The position numbers and the translations under genes were made by a program. From Ralstonia phage RP13: DNA of 32,000 nt. Every line of letters begins with the position of its first letter. Position 1 is the stretch's first letter. The notes under the pieces were generated by a model. The model made no database searches, had not been told where the DNA came from, and saw nothing but the letters and a program-made list of their open reading frames with translations. The DNA is taken from the sequence record LC554890.1, one strand, 5' to 3'. Below are positions 26,088 to 32,000 of this stretch, in pieces.

Positions 26088-28093
26088 ACGCTCCTGTTAA
26101 TCTCGAACAAGTCACTAAGCTGGCATTCCCTGATAATATTCGCCTACGTCAGGGTATGTTCGGCTCTGATGGTGAGACTGCCGATATCGATCTGCGTGAA
26201 CTGATTGATAATGGTGTTGACCTGGTACTCAAGGCTCGTATTAGTCTCGCTATCAAGGCGTTCACTAATATTGATGGATACCACGGTGTAGTGGATAATG
26301 GTCCTGGTCTACCTCTGTATAATGATCCGGACTACCACGATGATGAGGACCTGACGAAGCAGCGTCCTATCACTGTTGATCTGTTGTCTCAGATTAACGT
26401 AGGTACTAACTTCAAACGTACTAGCTATTCAGCTGGTATGAATGGTGTTGGTACTAAGCTGACTAATGCTCTGGCTGATTCATTCATTGTGTTTGTGAAT
26501 GCAGCTAAGAAGGATGTCAATACTCTCACTAGCGAGATGCAGCAAGCAGTTCGTGATGGTGAGACTGTATTTCGACTGGAATTTGCTAAGGGTATTCTCC
26601 AGCAAATGTCCATGATTTGCTATGAGGATCTGAATCATAGTGTAGTGCCTGCCAATCTTGGTGGATGGCTGAAAGCTAATGTACCTGAAGATTTTGGTAC
26701 GTGTGTTGTATTCAAGCCTGATCCCACTCTGCATGCTAGTTGTGATGCCAAGTATCACGGCTATCCATTTAAGATCATGCGCGGTCTGTTCCATCATGAT
26801 CAGGATTTCAAGGATGTGAATGTCTCATTCTCACTGAATGGTAAGGATATTCCTCCACTGGATTTCCGTGAGGTATTCAAGGGTGATGTCTTTATTGAAG
26901 ACCGTATCTTTACTGAATCAGTGTCAGTAAAGACTAGCGAGCCTCTGCCTGTTAAGTTCATCTATCAGGTAGCATGGAATAAGGATCAGTTTAATTCTGA
27001 GTCTGATGGTAGCGTCAATACTCTGAAGACTCCGTCTGGTCGTCACATCAATATCGTTCAGGCTGGTGTCACTGCAGCATTCAATCGGTATAATAACTTG
27101 ATCACTGGTCAAGATAGCCGACTGGGTATGCGTCTATTCGTAGCATCGTTCGGTATTGAACCTCTCTTCAATAGTCAGGATAAGACTAAGCTGTCGTCCT
27201 ATCAGGACGTAGGCTTCGATGAGTCTGCAGCTATCAAGGCAATTGGTGATAGCTTCCTGAAGGTGATGAAGGATAATGCTGAATTCTTCGATCTGATTGT
27301 TGCTCGTATTCTCGAGTACAAGAAGATGCAGAAGAGCATGTCTAATATTGACCTGCTGAAGTCATCTATTGTGATGGGTGATGAGGGTGATAAACGTCGT
27401 GCAATGTCAGGTGACATGGCTCGTGTGTATGAGGCGACTAGCAGGGATTTCGCTAAGCGTGAATTGTACATCACTGAAGGTAAGTCTGCATCTCAGGGTA
27501 TTGTGGAATTGCGTAGTAAGCTATTCCAATCAGTACTACCTCTACGTGGCAAGTTGATTAATACCACTGGCTTCGATGAGCAGGATTTGACTGATAATGG
27601 TGAAATTCTGGCTATTATCAACACTATTGGTTGTGGTATTGGTGCTATTACTGACGTGACTAAATCGCGTTATGGTAAGGTGATCATCGCAACTGATGCT
27701 GATTCTGATGGTGCTCACATCGCCAACCTGATTGTGGCTCTATTCTACAATCATGCACCTGAAGTGATTAAGGCTGGTATGTTGTATAAGCTCGAGACTC
27801 CGTATTATCGAGTTCAAGCTGGTGATAAGCGTGAGTTCTTCTATTATGAAGAGAAGGACAAGATCGACTTCGAGAAGCATACTGTACGTAAGCTCAAGGG
27901 TCTTGGTAGCTGGGATTCTCGTAAGAATCCAGCTGAAGTAGAGAAATATCTACTTAAGCCTGAATCTCGTCGTCTGATTCAAATCACGTATGATGAAGTT
28001 GATGAATTCATCACCAAGGAAGCTTCTCGTCTGTTCTCGTCATCATTGGCTCGTAAGAGTCTGATGGAACAAATCGGCGTACTCTGCGAATAA
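26084..28093 (+). CDS. Type II DNA topoisomerase, GyrB/ParE-like large subunit
   Basis: Start moved from GTG 26051 to ATG 26084. Has IRLRQGMFG, ELIDNGVD, VVDNGPGLP, YSAGMNGVGTKLTNAL, YITEGKSASQG, PLRGKLIN, IIATDADSDGAHIANL. Confidence 0.9.
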   Translation: MNAPVNLEQVTKLAFPDNIRLRQGMFGSDGETADIDLRELIDNGVDLVLKARISLAIKAFTNIDGYHGVVDNGPGLPLYNDPDYHDDEDLTKQRPITVDLLSQINVGTNFKRTSYSAGMNGVGTKLTNALADSFIVFVNAAKKDVNTLTSEMQQAVRDGETVFRLEFAKGILQQMSMICYEDLNHSVVPANLGGWLKANVPEDFGTCVVFKPDPTLHASCDAKYHGYPFKIMRGLFHHDQDFKDVNVSFSLNGKDIPPLDFREVFKGDVFIEDRIFTESVSVKTSEPLPVKFIYQVAWNKDQFNSESDGSVNTLKTPSGRHINIVQAGVTAAFNRYNNLITGQDSRLGMRLFVASFGIEPLFNSQDKTKLSSYQDVGFDESAAIKAIGDSFLKVMKDNAEFFDLIVARILEYKKMQKSMSNIDLLKSSIVMGDEGDKRRAMSGDMARVYEATSRDFAKRELYITEGKSASQGIVELRSKLFQSVLPLRGKLINTTGFDEQDLTDNGEILAIINTIGCGIGAITDVTKSRYGKVIIATDADSDGAHIANLIVALFYNHAPEVIKAGMLYKLETPYYRVQAGDKREFFYYEEKDKIDFEKHTVRKLKGLGSWDSRKNPAEVEKYLLKPESRRLIQITYDEVDEFITKEASRLFSSSLARKSLMEQIGVLCE

Positions 28094-28109
28094 TCAGAAG
28101 GAAATAACT

Positions 28110-29387
28110 GTGTCTAAGAATCCCATTATCAACGTAGCTCTGGATAAATTCATCCGTGATAACTACGCTAAATATGGTAAGTACGTCAACGTCAAGCGTG
28201 TTGTACCTGGTAGTGATGGACTGAAGCCTGTGTATCGCCGAGTATTGCTAGGTGCTCGTGAAGCTGCTGATGGTAAGTTTGCTCCTACTATCTCGGTGCT
28301 AGGTGAAGCTCAGAAATATCATCCGTTTGGTGATAAGTCAACTATTGACGTAATCTCAAATCTGGTACGTCTGGATAGTCTGGCTGGTGATGGTGGCTTC
28401 GGTGGTAAGTCATTCCCTGAGGATCTAGAGCCTGCTGCTCCTCGTTATACTGAGTGTGGTCTCAGTAAGGAGCAATCTGATTTCTACTTCCGACTCTCTG
28501 AGTATGCACCTGAGATTGAAGGTGAAGCTCGTATGGAGCCAGAGTATCTGATTACTCCTGTACCTATTCAACTGGTTCATGGTGGTATGAACTGGGGTCT
28601 GGGTATCATGGGTCGTACTCCTGCATTCTCGTATGAGTCACTGATTGAAGCATACTTCGCTGATGACTACACGAAGTTGGAATCCAATTATGGGTATCAA
28701 ATCATCAAGGATCGTAGTACCCTGAAGGACCTATGGGAGACTGGTGTTGGTCGTGTTACTCTGAAGAGTAAGTGTATTCGTGCTAGTGAAGATAAGATTC
28801 TGATGGTGACATCAGGTGAAATCTTCAAGCCTGCTCTAGGTGAGTTCAAGAAGTGGGTTGAGATGGGTCAGGTGATGATTGGTAATGAATCCGGTAAAGA
28901 TATCGGTATTACCGTCAGCCGAGTTCCTCGTGCACGTAACGTGAATATGGATGAAATGTACCAGTACGCTGTGCGTGCATCTACTATGTCGCGTAGTTAT
29001 AATATCCTTGTAGTTGAGGATGAACGTGTACGTACGATTGGTATTAAGGAATGGATGGACCTGACTGTAAGTCGGTATACTAAATTCTTCAATGAATCGA
29101 AGAATGATCGTATTGCATCTCGTGAGAAGACCATCGAGGTACTGACTATCATGCCACAAGTTGCTCGGATGATTATTGATCAGAAGACCGATGAGCAGAT
29201 TCTTGCTGCTATGACTGAGCTTAATCAGGATATTCTGAACTCAATTAAGCGTAGGTCTATCGGTAGTCTGCGTCGTACTGATTATGAACCGGAGCTGAAT
29301 AAGCTGCGTACTGAAATTGCTAACATCAAGAAGGAAGATGCTACGGTAGCTATCCGTGCATTCTCCCAATCGATGTTCAATAGCTAA
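28110..29387 (+). CDS. Type II DNA topoisomerase, GyrA/ParC-like (T4 gp52-like) subunit
   Basis: VVPGSDGLKPVYRRVLLGA, YHPFGDKSTIDVISNLVR, GGFGG, APRYTECGLS (catalytic Tyr), QLVHGGMNWGLGIM. 425 aa, no long C-terminal beta-pinwheel. Confidence 0.9.
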   Translation: MSKNPIINVALDKFIRDNYAKYGKYVNVKRVVPGSDGLKPVYRRVLLGAREAADGKFAPTISVLGEAQKYHPFGDKSTIDVISNLVRLDSLAGDGGFGGKSFPEDLEPAAPRYTECGLSKEQSDFYFRLSEYAPEIEGEARMEPEYLITPVPIQLVHGGMNWGLGIMGRTPAFSYESLIEAYFADDYTKLESNYGYQIIKDRSTLKDLWETGVGRVTLKSKCIRASEDKILMVTSGEIFKPALGEFKKWVEMGQVMIGNESGKDIGITVSRVPRARNVNMDEMYQYAVRASTMSRSYNILVVEDERVRTIGIKEWMDLTVSRYTKFFNESKNDRIASREKTIEVLTIMPQVARMIIDQKTDEQILAAMTELNQDILNSIKRRSIGSLRRTDYEPELNKLRTEIANIKKEDATVAIRAFSQSMFNS

Positions 29388-29524
29388 TGGATTACGAAGC
29401 CATTGCTAAAGCTAGATGGAACGAAGCTGCTGATCAATATAATCAGTGGTTCGAACTAGGTCAAGATGAGAAAGATGAACTCATTCAAGCAGTTAAGGAT
29501 GAGTCATCTTCATCTGAAAAATAG
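29387..29524 (+). CDS. Small hypothetical protein (45 aa), not in the supplied track
   Basis: TAATG overlap with the topoisomerase stop. Reads MDYEAIAKARWNEAADQYNQWFELGQDEKDELIQAVKDESSSSEK. Confidence 0.5.
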   Translation: MDYEAIAKARWNEAADQYNQWFELGQDEKDELIQAVKDESSSSEK

Positions 29525-29534
29525 TTTCATCTAA

Positions 29535-29588
29535 GGAAATGTTAGCAGTCCTTCAAGACTGTTATTTTGGCGGCGTGATTCAGCGCCG
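29535..29588 (+). ncRNA. Two-hairpin intergenic element, copy B
   Basis: GGAAATGTTAGCAGT...; stem GCAGTC/GACTGT (29545-29550/29557-29562), TTTGGC, stem CGGCG/CGCCG (29571-29575/29584-29588). Confidence 0.55.
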
Positions 29589-29621
29589 TAATTTGTTCTT
29601 ATTAATCTGGGAGAATCCACC

Positions 29622-29849
29622 ATGGTCGCAATCATCAAGAACCTGTTCAATAAGCCGACTCCTGCTATGGTCATGCAGAAGACACTCCGTGATTCTGAAC
29701 TGGCTCTGATTGAGGCACAAGGTCATCGTGAATCAGCTGATGCTACTGTCAAGATGTACGAAGCTCGTATTCGTCGATTGAAGGAGCAACTGGCTGTAAC
29801 TAATGCAGCTAATAGTAGTGGCAAGTCGTCTGTGGCTATTGTAGGTTAA
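29622..29849 (+). CDS. Small coiled-coil-like hypothetical protein
   Basis: 75 aa ORF after the two-hairpin element. Confidence 0.55.
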   Translation: MVAIIKNLFNKPTPAMVMQKTLRDSELALIEAQGHRESADATVKMYEARIRRLKEQLAVTNAANSSGKSSVAIVG

Positions 29850-29861
29850 TAGGAGTATATT

Positions 29862-30251
29862 ATGTCGAAAGCTAGTGACTTCACCAATAAGGTGAAGAGT
29901 GTTAATGAGTCCATGAAGACTCAATCCATCAACGAATCAGTACAATTGACTGCTCTTAATAAAGCTATCAAGTCCAGTCATAAAGTATTCGAGAAAGCTA
30001 TTCTTGATGCTGCTCCTAGTATCGAGAAGAATGTATCCCAGTATAATTGGGGTATGCCTGTAGGATGGTTTAATCTGGAGAGTTCTAATGATGCTGATGT
30101 TAAAGCATATCTAGAACAATCAGAAGAGAATGGTAATGAAGATGACGAGATGAAACGTTATGGTGAATTCGTCGTCGAAGTACTGGAGAAATCTGGTAAG
30201 TATCCCCAGACTCTAGCAGAACAGAAGCGTATCAACGCTGAAGGTCTGTAA
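29862..30251 (+). CDS. Hypothetical protein
   Basis: 129 aa ORF. Confidence 0.55.
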   Translation: MSKASDFTNKVKSVNESMKTQSINESVQLTALNKAIKSSHKVFEKAILDAAPSIEKNVSQYNWGMPVGWFNLESSNDADVKAYLEQSEENGNEDDEMKRYGEFVVEVLEKSGKYPQTLAEQKRINAEGL

Positions 30252-30258
30252 TAATTAA

Positions 30259-30292
30259 ACTGATGACTATTAATTCGTTAGTAGTCATTGGT
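30259..30292 (+). promoter_or_regulatory. UUCG-capped hairpin upstream of the RNAP beta' gene
   Basis: ATGACTATTAA (30263-30273)-TTCG-TTAGTAGTCAT (30278-30288), extendable outward with G-U and C-G pairs. Confidence 0.65.
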
Positions 30293-30336
30293 GTAGTTAT
30301 TATTCGTAGTACATCCTAATAGTGAAGGGATAATCA

Positions 30337-31890
30337 ATGAAATACACGCTTAAGTTGATGACTGATGCTCGTATGGAAGTAGTATCAGGTGGTGAGGTAC
30401 GCAATTATGGTACCTACAACTTTAAGTTCAGTAATCCGAAGCCTGTAGAGAATGGACTATTCTGTCAGAAGATCTTTGGTCCTCTGAAGGATTTCACATG
30501 TGCTTGTGGTACTCGTAAGAAGAAATCATTCGATAATGAATTCAAAGGTACTGCATGTGGTGTATGTGGTGTTGAGTATCTGCCTGTAGCTGCTCGTGGA
30601 GCTCGATTCGGATTCATTGATACCAAGTGTTACTACGTCAATCCTCTGATGTATTCTACGATTGGTGGTATTCTTGGTATTGGTAGTAATGCACTTAAGG
30701 AACTATCACTAGGTCAGCGTAAGTTCCGTATTGATGCAGCACCATTTGGTCTTCTGGCTGATGGTCATGGTAATAATTACCGTATCGTTATGGAGGGTAC
30801 TCCTGATTGGTATGGTCCTGTGCCTATGATTGAGAATCCGAATGATCCAGACGGTGATCCTGTGCCTGATCCGGCATTCCTGACGGCAGAACCTATTGCC
30901 TATCAATCCATCAACTCCCTTGTCATGGAGATGAAGAAGCTTGGTATTGATGGCAATGTGGTAATGATGAATTCTCATCTGAAGCAAGCTCGTATTTACC
31001 ATGATAATGGATTCAGCTTGTGGGATATGTTCAACACTCGTGTATTGGTAGCTCCTCCTATTGAACGTGATATGCGATTCATTAGTGAAGATCGTGTTGG
31101 ATATGGTGAAGTCAATACCTTGTACACTCGTCTGGTACGTGAAGGTATTCGAGTCTCTGCTATTCTGGATGAACCTGAGGATATTATCAGCAAAGAAGAT
31201 GCTGAGGAAATGATCTCCTTTGAGTCTCTGATTGTGCAGAAGCTTGTGAATATGTTGTATGTTGATGGAGCTGAATCTGGTTCTATTAATGTACCTCCTA
31301 TTCTGGAGACTCTCAAGGGTAAAGGTGGTATTATCCGGGGTAATCTGCTAGGTAAGCGAGTAGATTTCTCTGGTCGTTCCTGTATTGCATCTGGTCCTCA
31401 TCTGCCCATCAATACTGTAGGACTTCCTGGCAAGATGGTGTATGAGTTGTGCAAGCCGATTATTATTCGTGATCTTGCCACCATCATTCAGGATCACGAT
31501 AAGTTCACTCGTAGTGAGGCATTGAAGCTTGCTATCAAAGAGTATGATCGGATGAGTCCTCGTGCTTATGACTTGATGGAGAAAATCAGTAAATCGATTC
31601 GTGTGCTTATGAATCGTGCTCCGTCACTGCATAGGTATTCAGCAATGACCTTCCAGGTGGTAATTCATGGTGGTAAGTATATTCAGTTCCCGCCTATGGC
31701 ATGCTCACCATTCAATGCTGACTTTGATGGTGATACTATGGCAGTTCATCTGATTTTGACTGATGAGGCTATGGAGGAAACAGTCCTTACTGACTATACC
31801 TACAACTTGATGCACTCAGGTGCATTCAATAAGCCGAATGCTGCTCCTAGTCATGAAATGACTGTTGGTGCTTATCTCCTGTCAATGTAA
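30337..31890 (+). CDS. rpoC: Multisubunit RNA polymerase beta' N-terminal fragment (phage-encoded)
   Basis: ENGLFCQKIFGPLKDFTCACG...CGVCGVE (Zn site), LLGKRVDFSGRSCIASGP, RAPSLHRYSAMTFQ, FNADFDGDTMAVH (catalytic). Ends at VGAYLLSM, soon after the active site. Confidence 0.93.
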   Translation: MKYTLKLMTDARMEVVSGGEVRNYGTYNFKFSNPKPVENGLFCQKIFGPLKDFTCACGTRKKKSFDNEFKGTACGVCGVEYLPVAARGARFGFIDTKCYYVNPLMYSTIGGILGIGSNALKELSLGQRKFRIDAAPFGLLADGHGNNYRIVMEGTPDWYGPVPMIENPNDPDGDPVPDPAFLTAEPIAYQSINSLVMEMKKLGIDGNVVMMNSHLKQARIYHDNGFSLWDMFNTRVLVAPPIERDMRFISEDRVGYGEVNTLYTRLVREGIRVSAILDEPEDIISKEDAEEMISFESLIVQKLVNMLYVDGAESGSINVPPILETLKGKGGIIRGNLLGKRVDFSGRSCIASGPHLPINTVGLPGKMVYELCKPIIIRDLATIIQDHDKFTRSEALKLAIKEYDRMSPRAYDLMEKISKSIRVLMNRAPSLHRYSAMTFQVVIHGGKYIQFPPMACSPFNADFDGDTMAVHLILTDEAMEETVLTDYTYNLMHSGAFNKPNAAPSHEMTVGAYLLSM

Positions 31891-31900
31891 GGAACTAATC

Positions 31901-32000
31901 ATGGCTTGGTATAACAAGATGGACAAGATTCCCCGTAAATATTTCTACTGGGAAGGTAATATCATCCGTACTATCTATTCCAATCAGCGAGGATTCTGGT
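31901..32000 (+). CDS. Hypothetical protein, 3'-truncated by window edge
   Basis: Open frame MAWYNKMDKIPRKYFYWEGNIIRTIYSNQRGFW... starting 10 nt after the beta' stop. Confidence 0.5.
   Translation, partial: MAWYNKMDKIPRKYFYWEGNIIRTIYSNQRGFW

Noticed and set aside
1857-29924. Numerous minus-strand ORFs of 60-154 aa (e.g. 1857..2246, 2900..3364, 10901..11149, 26480..26797)
   Set aside because: All lie opposite well-supported plus-strand genes, have low-complexity Ser/Thr/Ile-rich translations without motifs, and contradict the uniform + orientation.
31860-31910. Beta' gene interrupted by an intron or homing gene at VGAYLLSM
   Set aside because: The following ORF has a normal ATG after 10 nt, shows no endonuclease motif in the visible part, and beta' splitting is known in phages. 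Cannot be settled without downstream sequence.
1-32000. CRISPR array, tRNA or rRNA genes
   Set aside because: No regularly spaced identical repeats and no cloverleaf or rRNA-like sequence seen. The recurring bipartite element is dispersed over 25 kb with unique flanks, so it is not a CRISPR.
1-32000. Interpretation as a bacterial chromosome or integrated prophage
   Set aside because: Single-strand compact architecture, fused SbcDC, T4-like helicase/topoisomerase set and split beta' are phage-like. No integrase, att-like repeats or host housekeeping genes seen in this window.

Overview
The window looks like a 32 kb stretch of a large (probably jumbo) tailed-phage genome. About 35-40 tightly packed genes all lie on the + strand, often with stop/start overlaps. 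Recognisable content: a 5'-truncated SF2 helicase, a DnaB-like replicative helicase, a PIG-L/LmbE deacetylase, a WbqC-like protein, a YkgJ-like Cys-cluster protein, a GT4-like glycosyltransferase, a GT-A (DxD) glycosyltransferase, and two adjacent proteins resembling the AADT and aGPT-Pplase families of DNA-thymine hypermodification. Also present are an XPD/DinG-like helicase, a P-loop (d)NMP-kinase-like protein, a myo-inositol-1-phosphate synthase (Ino1), a HAD-like protein, a UPF0213-type GIY-YIG protein, a 2H-phosphoesterase resembling anti-CBASS Acb1, a single-polypeptide SbcD-SbcC (Mre11-Rad50) fusion, type II topoisomerase large and medium subunits, and an N-terminal RNA polymerase beta' fragment. 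The most interesting observations are: (1) Ino1, GT4, PIG-L deacetylase and AADT/aGPT-Pplase co-occur, which formally matches the first steps of glucosaminyl-inositol (mycothiol/GPI-like) synthesis next to DNA hypermodification enzymes; (2) a bipartite element (A)ACGACGCTAT-N12-CCTTGTAAG occurs 8 times with invariant 12-nt spacing, just after stop codons and usually in a hairpin; (3) a two-copy, two-hairpin RNA-like element, GGRAATGTTAGCAGT...TTTGGC; (4) the SbcD-SbcC fusion; (5) the Acb1-like 2H protein. All calls come from reading the sequence and motif recall. No database search was run.
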